A stretch of DNA of 64,000 bases from Nanobdellota archaeon (GTDB lineage Archaea > Nanobdellota > Nanobdellia > Pacearchaeales > GW2011-AR1). This document shows positions 37,380-45,412 of this stretch, in pieces (the first letter of the stretch is position 1; each line of letters starts with the position of its first letter). Both the position numbers and the translations under genes were made by a program. The notes under the pieces are model-generated. The model was not told the DNA's origin. It worked only from the letters and a program-made list of their open reading frames with translations, and did not search any database. Location: the NCBI GenBank assembly GCA_049324275.1, contig JBMOLG010000006.1, positions 118,056 to 182,055 of the forward strand, read 5' to 3'.

Positions 37380-37758
37380 TTACCTTTTCTGCGAAATCAT
37401 TTTTATATCTGTTAATCTGAACCCTATAAAAGTTGCAATGTTATAATTATCTGAATAAACTTTTTCACTGAATATTGTTTCATAATCAATTTCAACATTT
37501 GAACCTAAAAGAGATTTATTTAATTTTTCTTTAAGTTCTAAATCTCCTGTAAATTCAAAAATGTAAGGTCCATCACTTTTTATCCATTTTTCCGGAGAGG
37601 TAATTTTTTGTCTTGGAAAAATCAATCTTTTCAAGCCTTCCCTGAATTTTAGAATCAGAATAAATTACTCTTTCTAACAAGATCTTATTTGCACAATACG
37701 CGGGATTATTTACAAATATTCCAAGGCCAATTAGATATGGCAAAATTTTATTTTTCAT
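37380..37758 (-). pseudogene. Secreted or lipoprotein-like small protein split by a frameshift (track ORFs 37573-37758 and 37380-37634)
   Basis: The upstream ORF has a signal peptide (MKNKILPYLIGLGIFVNNPAYC). The downstream ORF has no ATG and overlaps it in the +1 frame, across T5 and A6 runs. Confidence 0.4.
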
Positions 37759-37772
37759 GGTAATTAATTGTA

Positions 37773-37930
37773 TGAGCCTGCGCGGATTTGGACCGCGGAC
37801 CCCCGCCTTTCTTAAAGACAGCCAATTTATGACTTCTGAAGAAGCGAATTCTGGCAGTCTGGAAATAACTATTTCAATTGAAATAGTCTCTTATAAGAGC
37901 GGTGCTCTAACCTGGCTGAGCTACAGGCTC
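37773..37930 (-). tRNA. tRNA-Ile (anticodon UAU) with an 83-nt intron at position 37/38
   Basis: Manual fold. Acceptor GAGCCUG/CAGGCUC, D arm GCUC/GAGC, anticodon arm CCGCU/GGCGG with loop CUUAUAA, T arm CGCGG-UCCAAAU-CCGCG, discriminator A. Exon 1 is 37930-37892, the intron 37891-37809 and exon 2 37808-37773. A canonical BHB lies at the junctions. Confidence 0.8.
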
Positions 37931-38041
37931 TAACTTAACAAACAAATTTTAAGATTATTTAAAGGTTTTTAAATTTCTAACTTATACATAAAATTATTGA
38001 AATAAAATAAAAAGATTTTAAGTTATCTATTTAGAAATCAA

Positions 38042-38114
38042 CGCCCGCACCGGGATTCGAACCCGGGTTGCAACCGTGACAGGGTTGAGTGCTAGGCCCC
38101 TACACTATGCGAGC
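38042..38114 (-). tRNA. tRNA-Asp (GUC)
   Basis: Manual cloverleaf. GCUCGCA/UGCGGGC acceptor, anticodon arm CAACC-CUGUCAC-GGUUG, T arm CCGGG-UUCGAAU-CCCGG. TATA-like box about 30 nt upstream. Confidence 0.92.
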
Positions 38115-38264
38115 TTTAGAGTTAATATTAGAATTTGTTTTTAAATCTTATCGTTAAAATTAAAATGTTTAAATCTGTTATTTAACATTTTAATCTAATT
38201 ACTTTATGCAGAAACTTTGAACATAAATTCTTCCCTGTTTATGTTGGTTTACATTTAAAATACC

Positions 38265-38630
38265 CTAAAATTTTCGAGAATAAGAGTTGAATTTTTTTGG
38301 TTTTAATCTTTCATCCCTGATTAAATACACTTCGTGAATTATATTTTCTATCCTTTTTTTTAGCTGTTGATTCTTAATTTTGTCTATAGGCATACTATCC
38401 AATTGAGAAGTTCTTGTACTCCAGCAATTCATTGCATCCTGCTTGTTTTCAACTGTATATGGCTGGCCTTTTTGGCTCAAATATTCGGCAATAACAATTG
38501 CTTTAAAACAATCTTCCTGTTTATAATTAGGCTTTAAATATATTTCATATATCCCCCTTCTTTCGTCAAAATGATATATCTCCCTCCATTTTGCAGGGAT
38601 CTTTATTCGTGAATTAAGGCAGTAATGCAT
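38265..38630 (-). CDS. hypothetical protein (121 aa)
   Basis: The ATG lies 1 nt after the stop of 38632-38847. Located between two tRNA genes. Confidence 0.45.
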   Translation of the reverse strand: MHYCLNSRIKIPAKWREIYHFDERRGIYEIYLKPNYKQEDCFKAIVIAEYLSQKGQPYTVENKQDAMNCWSTRTSQLDSMPIDKIKNQQLKKRIENIIHEVYLIRDERLKPKKFNSYSRKF

Positions 38631-38631
38631 T

Positions 38632-38847
38632 CTACTTCTTTTTTGATTTTGTTTTAGATCCTTTTTTAAAATCGTTCAATTCTTTCCTTAATTTTTCTAT
38701 CTCAGAAATCGCGACAGCATGATTCAAACTTAAATGTTGCATTTTTTCTTGAATTTCGTTAACAGTATCATTTAAGATTCCCAAATCTTTTTTTACACAA
38801 CCAAAACTTGTTTGAACATTCTTTTCAAGTTTTTCAATCGTTGCCAT
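38632..38847 (-). CDS. hypothetical coiled-coil protein (71 aa)
   Basis: Start moved from TTG 38901 to ATG 38847, which lies exactly 21 nt after TTTATAAA (38869-38876). Confidence 0.4.
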   Translation of the reverse strand: MATIEKLEKNVQTSFGCVKKDLGILNDTVNEIQEKMQHLSLNHAVAISEIEKLRKELNDFKKGSKTKSKKK

Positions 38848-39042
38848 AAAAGTTTTATGTATTAGAAGTTTATAAAGCTTACTATTTTCGTAACTATGCA
38901 ATTAATACATTATAAGCAAAAAACTTAAAATCCTCGGTAAAATGATTGAATCTTTAATTCATATTTGCAAGGATTTGTTACATTCTCTTCAAAAACTGAA
39001 ATTGTTTAAAATTGAATAGAATCTCTTTTTCAAATTTTTTAA

Positions 39043-39114
39043 TGGACCCAAGCAGAATCGAACTGCCGCTTCCTCGGTGTAAACGAGGTGTTCTAACCAC
39101 TAGACTATGGGTCC
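39043..39114 (-). tRNA. tRNA-Val (UAC)
   Basis: Manual cloverleaf. GGACCCA/UGGGUCC acceptor, anticodon arm CCUCG-UUUACAC-CGAGG, T arm GGCAG-UUCGAUU-CUGCU. One C-A mismatch in the D stem. Confidence 0.88.
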
Positions 39115-39194
39115 AATTTTTAACTAAATTTTTTAATGCTTTTAAATTTTGCCTATTTGAAAATCTTTATTAATTTAAAGTGAATAGTCAAACA

Positions 39195-39809
39195 ATGAGA
39201 ATTTGCATATTCGGGGCAAGCATTACTTGGGGAGCATGGGATCCTGAAAATTTTGGATGGGCAGGAAGACTGAGAAAATTTTTAGAAACAAATAAAAAAT
39301 ACGAAGATATTGAGGTCTATAATCTAGCAATCTCTGGAACAACAACACGGGATTTAATTAAAACTATCAAGTTGGAATGCGATGCAATTAAGCCAAATAT
39401 TATTGTTATTGCAATTGGAACAAATGATGCCTCTTATATAAATTCAAAAGAAAATTTCTGGACAGATTTCAAAAAGTTTAAATCCAATATAAATAAATTA
39501 ATAAAGATAACAAAAAAGTTAGATTCAAAAACAATTTTTCTTGGAATTACCAATGTCGACGAAAAAAGAACTATGCCATCATTTTTTGAAGAGAACTTAA
39601 ATGGATATTTATACTATTCAAATTCTAATATTGAAAAATATAACTCAGCGATTGAAAAGATATGCCAAAAAGAAAAAATCTCTTTTATACAAGTCTTTGG
39701 AATGTTGAACGATAATGAATTTGAAGATGGCCTGCATCCGAATTCAAAAGGCCATGAAAAAATGTTTCAAAAAATAAAATATTTTTTAATAAGCAATAGG
39801 ATAATTTAG
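39195..39809 (+). CDS. SGNH/GDSL-family hydrolase
   Basis: Block I ICIFGASITWG, block III GTND, block V DGLHPN. Start at the ATG 21 nt after a TATA-like box. Confidence 0.8.
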   Translation: MRICIFGASITWGAWDPENFGWAGRLRKFLETNKKYEDIEVYNLAISGTTTRDLIKTIKLECDAIKPNIIVIAIGTNDASYINSKENFWTDFKKFKSNINKLIKITKKLDSKTIFLGITNVDEKRTMPSFFEENLNGYLYYSNSNIEKYNSAIEKICQKEKISFIQVFGMLNDNEFEDGLHPNSKGHEKMFQKIKYFLISNRII

Positions 39810-39811
39810 AT

Positions 39812-40300
39812 ATGAAAATTTTAAATTCGAAAGAGGAAAAACAAGAAATAAATTTTTTTAATGAATGTATAAAAGAAGCAGAAAAGTCTGGGTGTTCTGA
39901 TGCAAAATGTGGTTCAATAATCGTAAAAGATAATCTGATTATAGGAAAAGGCTTTAATTCCCCTCCGGGTAATCTCGAAACACAAAGGAGATGCAAAAAT
40001 TTCAAAGATTCTTATCATAAAAGAGTAACCGATAAGACTTGCTGTGTTCATGCGGAACAACGGGCAATTTTTAATGCATTAAAAAATCATCAAAAAGAAA
40101 TACAAGGTTCGCGGTTGTATTTTATTCGAATTGATAAAAAGGGAAATAAAATTTATGCAGGAAATCCTTTTTGTACAATATGCAGTAAAATGGCTTTAGA
40201 TGCGGGCATCAAAGAATTTGTCCTTTGGCATGAAAAAGGAATTTGCGTTTATGATACGCAAGAATATAACAACTTATCATTCACATATTCTGGCGATTAA
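39812..40300 (+). CDS. dCMP/cytidine deaminase-family zinc enzyme (ComEB/dCMP deaminase-like)
   Basis: CVHAEQRAI ... PFCTICSKMALDAGI, the H/C-A-E ... PCxxC zinc site. Confidence 0.8.
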   Translation: MKILNSKEEKQEINFFNECIKEAEKSGCSDAKCGSIIVKDNLIIGKGFNSPPGNLETQRRCKNFKDSYHKRVTDKTCCVHAEQRAIFNALKNHQKEIQGSRLYFIRIDKKGNKIYAGNPFCTICSKMALDAGIKEFVLWHEKGICVYDTQEYNNLSFTYSGD

Positions 40301-40329
40301 TTTATAAAATAAGCTTTCTTTTTCAAAAA

Positions 40330-40584
40330 ATGGAAACTTGGCATAAAATTTCTGATGAAGAAAAAGAAAAGATAAAGAATCAGGCAAAAAAATTAATGGA
40401 AGACTTTGGCTCGAAGCTTGAAAAAATAAATTTTGATGAGGAATGCTTTCAGGAGAATCAGGGTTTGCGTGAAGAAGGCGAGCCTTGGGAAAATAATGAA
40501 GAATTCAGAAGCACTATGTTTAGCAATGCTCCATTTGTCGATGATGATTTAATCATTGCTGAAAAAGGGGAGTGGAAAAAATGA
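40330..40584 (+). CDS. gatC: GatC-like subunit of Asp/Glu-tRNA amidotransferase
   Basis: The 84-aa size and the C-terminal LREEGEP...EFRSTMFSNAPFVDDDLIIAEK resemble the GatC R-E-D...NAP...f.VP end. Lies in one operon with gatA. Confidence 0.55.
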   Translation: METWHKISDEEKEKIKNQAKKLMEDFGSKLEKINFDEECFQENQGLREEGEPWENNEEFRSTMFSNAPFVDDDLIIAEKGEWKK

Positions 40585-41423
40585 GCAGTTTAATTATAAG
40601 CGATAAAAAAAAATATAATGAACTTAAAAGAATTTTCAAAGAGCAAGGATATGGCAAGATTCATGTTGTATCTGATTTTGACAAAACATTAACTAAAGCT
40701 TATGTAAATGGCAACAAAATTCCTGGAATAATTGCCCAGATTCGCGATGGCACATATTTGTCAAAAGATTATGCAGAAAAAGCTCATGCTTTGTTTAATA
40801 AATATCACCCCCTTGAAATCAGTTCAACAATTCCTGAAGAAGAAAAAAAGCAGGCAATGTTTCAATGGTGGACTGAACATTTCGAATTATTGATTAAAAG
40901 TGGGTTAAATAAAAAAGATTTGGAAAGGGTTGTAAAAGAAGGGCCCGCTGAATTTAGAGAAGGAGTTTCTGAATTTTTAGATTTTTTAAATATCAACAAA
41001 ATTCCTTTAATAATTCTTTCATCTTCCGGATTAGGGAACTATATCCCCATGTATCTTGAAAAATATAATAAAAATTATGATAACATTAATGTCATTTCCA
41101 ACTTGTTTGAATTTGATAAACAAGGATATGCAACAAAAATAAAGCAGCCAATTATTCATGCATTAAATAAAGATGAACAAGCCTTCAGAAATTTTCCAAT
41201 ATATAAGAGCATTCAAAAGAAAAAGAATGTGATATTGTTGGGAGATGGTATCGAAGACCTGAAAATGATTTCTGGTTTTAAATTTGATAATTTGATAAAG
41301 TTCGGATTTTTGAATGAAGATATTGAAAGTAATTTAGACTTATATAAACAAAATTTTGATGTTTTGATTACGAATGATGGAAACTTTGAAGCAATCAATA
41401 AATTTTTTGAAGAAATAGGATGA
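40581..41423 (+). CDS. HAD-superfamily phosphatase of the pyrimidine 5'-nucleotidase (UMPH-1/NT5C3) type
   Basis: Motif I SDFDKTLT, motif IV ILLGDGIEDLKMISG (compare GDSxGDxxM of UMPH-1). ATGA overlaps with gatC and gatA. Confidence 0.6.
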   Translation: MSSLIISDKKKYNELKRIFKEQGYGKIHVVSDFDKTLTKAYVNGNKIPGIIAQIRDGTYLSKDYAEKAHALFNKYHPLEISSTIPEEEKKQAMFQWWTEHFELLIKSGLNKKDLERVVKEGPAEFREGVSEFLDFLNINKIPLIILSSSGLGNYIPMYLEKYNKNYDNINVISNLFEFDKQGYATKIKQPIIHALNKDEQAFRNFPIYKSIQKKKNVILLGDGIEDLKMISGFKFDNLIKFGFLNEDIESNLDLYKQNFDVLITNDGNFEAINKFFEEIG

Positions 41424-42757
41424 ACATAACACTAAATCAAAAGCTCGCGCAGATAAAATCGGGGAAACTTACAGCAGAAAAAAATGTTGCAGAATTCGGA
41501 GAAAAAATTCAAAAATTGAATAAAAAATTGAATGTATATTTAGTCTTGAATACGAGAGCAATTGAAGAAGCGAAGGAGATTGATAAAAGAATTAAGCAAA
41601 AAAAACAAGTTGGAAAATTAGCCGGATTATGTGTAGCTATTAAGTCAAACATTTGTGTAAAAGATTTGGAGACAAATTGCGCCTCAAAAGTTCTCGAAGG
41701 TTATGTTCCAGGATATGATGCAAGTGTCATAGAGAAATTAAGAGAACAAGATGCAATAATTTTGGGGATGGTCAACATGGACGAATTTGCATGCGGAGCT
41801 TCTGGGGAGACTTCCGCATTTGGACCAGTAAAAAACTTTTTAGATAATGAGTTAATTCCAGGGGGTTCTTCATCTGGTTCAGCAGTCGCTGTTTCTGCAG
41901 ATTTATGTGATTTTGCTTTAGGTTCTGATACTGGAGGGAGCATAAGAAATCCAGCTTCTCATTGCGGAATTGTAGGGTTTAAGCCATCGTATGGCTCTGT
42001 CTCTAGATATGGATTAATTGATTTGGCGATGAATTTTGACCAAATCGGAGTCTTAGCAAAAAATACAGAAGATGCAAAATATGTCTTTGATATAATTAAA
42101 GGAGCCGACAATTTTGATACAACTACCCTTAATTTTAAAGAAAGCAAAATAAAAGATAAGATTGCAATAGGGATTGTGAATGTCCAGGATTTTTGCGACA
42201 AAAAAATTGCAGATGCAATAAAGAAAAAAACACAAGATTTAGCAAGGAAAAATAATTGGAAAATTAAAGAGATTAATCTGCCGTTAGACATTGCCTTGCA
42301 AACTTATTATATCATTGCCTATGTAGAATTTTACTCAGGAACGAGAAAATTTGACGGAAGAAGATTCGGCAAGAAAATTGAAGAATTCGGAGGCCAGGAA
42401 ATTTTAAGAAGAATTTTAGGGGGGAGCGAAATTTCAAAAGCAGAATATCACGGTAAATATTATAGAAAGGCATTGAAGGCAAAAAATTTTATCAAAAATA
42501 AATTTGAACAAATCTTTAAGGATGTTGATTTGTTAATCATGCCAACCGTTCCAAAACTTCCGCATAAAATCGGGGAAAAAATTTCTGTTGAAGACATGTA
42601 TGCTTATGATGTGCTTACGGTTCTAGCTAATATTGCGCAAATTCCTGCAATCTCAATTCCTGCAGGAAAAATTGAACAAAAGCCGATCGGCCTTCAAATA
42701 CTGGCACAAAGATTTTCCGATAATCAAATATTAGAAACGGGAAAAAAGTTTGAATAA
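41420..42757 (+). CDS. gatA: Glutamyl/aspartyl-tRNA amidotransferase subunit A
   Basis: Amidase signature GGSSSGSAVAVSADLCDFALGSDTGGSIRNPASHCG. Confidence 0.9.
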   Translation: MNITLNQKLAQIKSGKLTAEKNVAEFGEKIQKLNKKLNVYLVLNTRAIEEAKEIDKRIKQKKQVGKLAGLCVAIKSNICVKDLETNCASKVLEGYVPGYDASVIEKLREQDAIILGMVNMDEFACGASGETSAFGPVKNFLDNELIPGGSSSGSAVAVSADLCDFALGSDTGGSIRNPASHCGIVGFKPSYGSVSRYGLIDLAMNFDQIGVLAKNTEDAKYVFDIIKGADNFDTTTLNFKESKIKDKIAIGIVNVQDFCDKKIADAIKKKTQDLARKNNWKIKEINLPLDIALQTYYIIAYVEFYSGTRKFDGRRFGKKIEEFGGQEILRRILGGSEISKAEYHGKYYRKALKAKNFIKNKFEQIFKDVDLLIMPTVPKLPHKIGEKISVEDMYAYDVLTVLANIAQIPAISIPAGKIEQKPIGLQILAQRFSDNQILETGKKFE

Positions 42758-42795
42758 ATAGATTTTGCCTAGAGAAAAATAATCTCTTAAAATTG

Positions 42796-42918
42796 TTAAG
42801 TCAATTCTATTGGTTCGATTAAATATATTCCGGCAATAATCAGAATCAATATGAGATTCGCAATTAAATAAAGACGTTCTTCAATTTCTCCAAATCCTTT
42901 ACCTTTTAATTTGAACAT
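42796..42918 (-). CDS. 40-aa single-TM mini-ORF; not in the ORF track
   Basis: MFKLKGKGFGEIEERLYLIANLILILIIAGIYLIEPIELT. Its TM-coding segment is partly duplicated at 42944-42971. Confidence 0.25.
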   Translation of the reverse strand: MFKLKGKGFGEIEERLYLIANLILILIIAGIYLIEPIELT

Positions 42919-43092
42919 TAGAAGAAAGCATCTATTCTCCCAAATATTCCGGCCTTTTAATCAGAATCAATGTTGGTAAGCATTCCAACATTTGACATTT
43001 CCATTCTAAATTTTTTTATTCTATTTCAGGAATATCTTTGATTTTTTCTAATATTTTTTTAGATTTATAAATCCATATTCATTCAATCTTGC

Positions 43093-44097
43093 ATGAATTC
43101 AAAAAAACAAGTTGAAAACTTTTTAACCAATATTCCAAAAAAAGATAAAATTGCTTTAATCTTTCATAAAGATCTAGATGGATTCACCTCAGGAATTCAA
43201 ATGCACAACTATTTGGAGCTTAAAAATTATAAAAATATCGAAACAATCTCCTTCAGCTTAAGTGAAGACAGGCTTTGCAATTTTAATTTGTCAACTTTTA
43301 ATACTTTAATTATAATGGATATTGGAACGAACATCTTAGCCGAAGACTTCCAGAAATTATCAGATAAAAAAATTTTGTATATAGATCATCATCAAAAAGA
43401 TGTAAATATTCCGGATTATGTTGTTGAATACAGGACTGGTTCAAATACCCCTGTAGCAAAAACAGTTTACGATATTTTAGGAAATAAGATTGATAAGGAG
43501 ATGGGCTTGTTTGCCCTTATTGGGACAATTTCCGACGCGGGGTGGAAATATCCAGAGAACTATCCAATGATTGAAAAACTCTTGAATAAATATCAGATTA
43601 ATATGGAAAGATGCAAGGAATACGTTTGGGATTTAGATTATTTTCTGACATACCAAAAAGACAATGGAAAAGAAGCTTTTGAAATTTTAAGAAAAATAAA
43701 AAATTTTGAAGACATAAAAAAACTTGACAAATTTATTTCTCCGGTAAAAGATGAGATTTCAAAATTTTTAACAGACTTTGAAAAAAATAAAATCGAAATT
43801 GGAAAAATAAAATTTTATTATTTTGAACCTTATTTTTCAATTAAAGGAGCGATCATAACAAGGTTGAGCATAGAACATCCTCAAGAAATTTTAATCTTTG
43901 CAACCCCAAAAGAAGACACGATTACCATAAGTGCAAGAAATTCCGACGGAAACACTAATATGATTGAATTGTTGAAAAAAGCGACAATCGGATTGAAAAA
44001 TTCAAACGCAGGCGGACATATTCCTGCTGCGGGCGGTATTATTCAAAAAAAAGATCTCGAAAAATTTAAACAGAATCTAAAAAATGCTTGTTTATGA
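43093..44097 (+). CDS. DHH/DHHA1-family phosphoesterase (NrnA/RecJ-like)
   Basis: HKDLDGFTSG, YIDHHQ (DHH) and a C-terminal GGHIPAAGG (DHHA1 GGGH-type). TTTATAAA at 43064-43071 lies 21 nt upstream. Confidence 0.75.
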   Translation: MNSKKQVENFLTNIPKKDKIALIFHKDLDGFTSGIQMHNYLELKNYKNIETISFSLSEDRLCNFNLSTFNTLIIMDIGTNILAEDFQKLSDKKILYIDHHQKDVNIPDYVVEYRTGSNTPVAKTVYDILGNKIDKEMGLFALIGTISDAGWKYPENYPMIEKLLNKYQINMERCKEYVWDLDYFLTYQKDNGKEAFEILRKIKNFEDIKKLDKFISPVKDEISKFLTDFEKNKIEIGKIKFYYFEPYFSIKGAIITRLSIEHPQEILIFATPKEDTITISARNSDGNTNMIELLKKATIGLKNSNAGGHIPAAGGIIQKKDLEKFKQNLKNACL

Positions 44098-44257
44098 CCT
44101 ATTTATTATTACTGCACCATAGTTAAATATCATTCAAGAGTAAAAAAAATTTTTATAGACGTATATATGAGATTGTAAAAATATTTTTAAATAATAAATC
44201 ACTTAATCGATTGAAAATTAGGAATATTTCCTGTTTTCATTAAATAAAGTATACGGC

Positions 44258-44294
44258 TATATAAAGTTTTAGCTGTTATAGAACGAAAGGAGGT
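44258..44294 (+). promoter_or_regulatory. ftsZ promoter (TATATAAA 44258-44265) and Shine-Dalgarno AGGAGGT (44288-44294)
   Basis: One of the few leadered genes. The predicted TSS is near 44287 and the SD lies 7 nt before ATG 44302. Confidence 0.5.
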
Positions 44295-44301
44295 ATAGAA
44301 A

Positions 44302-45375
44302 ATGCCATTAGATTTTGCAAAAGAAGCAATACAGAATGCAGAGAAGAATAGTATTAACTTTGACGAGTTAAAAGCCGGAAAAGCTAACATCAAAGTTTTT
44401 GGTGTTGGTGGTTGCGGATGTAACATGGCAACATGGCTTTTTAACAAGGGAATTAACGGAGCAAATGTGTATGGGTTGAATACTGACGCATTGCACTTAT
44501 CAATAACAAAAGCTGATGAAAAAATCTTAATCGGGAAAGAATTAACACGTGGTCTTGGCTGTGGTGGTTGGCCTAACAAAGGCAGAGAGGCTGCAAAAGA
44601 AGCTCTTACTGACTTGAAGAAAGCCATTTCGGGTTCAGATATGGTTTTTATTTTAGCTGGTATGGGTGGAGGAACTGGCACTGGAGCTCTTCCAGTCGTT
44701 GCTCAGCTTTCTAAAGAAACTGGCGCAGTTGTAATTGCAGTAGTTACAATGCCTTTTGAGGCTGAAAAGGCCAGAATAGACAAGGCAGAATTCGGACTTC
44801 AGGAATTAAGAGAAGTTAGTGATACAGCTATTGTTTTAGATAATAATAAACTAGTTGATATTGCAGGACAATTACCAATGGAACAAGCATTTGCAGTTGC
44901 AAATGAATTGGTTTCTACAATGATCAAAGGTATTGTAGAAACAATCACATTGCCATCTTTAATTAATCTGGATTACGCAGATGTATCCTCGATTATGAAA
45001 AATGGTGATGTTGCAGTTATTGGAATTGGAGAAGACAATACAAATGCAAGAGCTGAAGCAGCTGTTCAACAGGCATTAACACACCCATTATTGGATGTTG
45101 ATTATCGTGGCGCAACTGGAGCACTAATTCACGTAACATGCGGACCTGATATGAAACTTGAAGAGTTTGATAATATAGGAAGGCTTGTAACTGAAAACAT
45201 TTCACCAGAGGCTATGGTAATTATTGGTGCCAGAATTAACAAAGAATTCCAGGGAAGAGTCAGAGTTATAACAATCATGACAGGAGTTAAAAGCCCTTAC
45301 ATCTTGGGAAAAAACAAATATTTCCAGGATGAAAGGAGAGTAGAGTTCAATGAACTCGGCTTAGAAAACTTCTAA
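44302..45375 (+). CDS. ftsZ: Cell division GTPase FtsZ
   Basis: GVGGCGCN and the tubulin signature GMGGGTGTGALPVVA. Full-length 357 aa. Confidence 0.95.
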   Translation: MPLDFAKEAIQNAEKNSINFDELKAGKANIKVFGVGGCGCNMATWLFNKGINGANVYGLNTDALHLSITKADEKILIGKELTRGLGCGGWPNKGREAAKEALTDLKKAISGSDMVFILAGMGGGTGTGALPVVAQLSKETGAVVIAVVTMPFEAEKARIDKAEFGLQELREVSDTAIVLDNNKLVDIAGQLPMEQAFAVANELVSTMIKGIVETITLPSLINLDYADVSSIMKNGDVAVIGIGEDNTNARAEAAVQQALTHPLLDVDYRGATGALIHVTCGPDMKLEEFDNIGRLVTENISPEAMVIIGARINKEFQGRVRVITIMTGVKSPYILGKNKYFQDERRVEFNELGLENF

Positions 45376-45386
45376 ATTTTTTTTAT

Positions 45387-45407
45387 GCCTGCTTTGCAGG
45401 CTTTTTT
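45387..45407. terminator. Hairpin GCCUGC-UUU-GCAGGC followed by a T-run, between convergent ftsZ and 45413-46312
   Basis: Perfect 6-bp GC-rich stem at 45387-45401, flanked by T8 upstream and T6CT6 downstream. It could serve both strands. Confidence 0.55.
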
Positions 45408-45412
45408 CTTTT

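Noticed and set aside
38160-38193. 10-bp-arm inverted repeat TTAAAATGTT...AACATTTTAA near tRNA-Asp
   Set aside because: It is almost pure A/T, and such repeats are expected by chance in this composition.
44199-44681. 160-aa Pro-rich ORF antisense to the 5' part of ftsZ, and similar antisense or shadow ORFs in the track. These include 584-787, 1129-1401, 9014-9331, 9815-10333, 12864-13352, 15420-15614, 16961-17203, 17627-18135, 18779-19033, 20217-20405, 23164-23517, 28994-29368, 33411-33602 and 35407-35889. Further ones lie at 39685-40005, 41213-42291, 45017-45205, 47549-47740, 47996-48501, 51591-51984, 55217-55587, 57175-57470, 58422-58697, 60022-60872 and 62277-62668.
   Set aside because: Each lies inside and opposite to, or out of frame with, a gene that has strong family motifs. 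They have low-complexity or odd composition and no promoter geometry. They are typical shadow ORFs.
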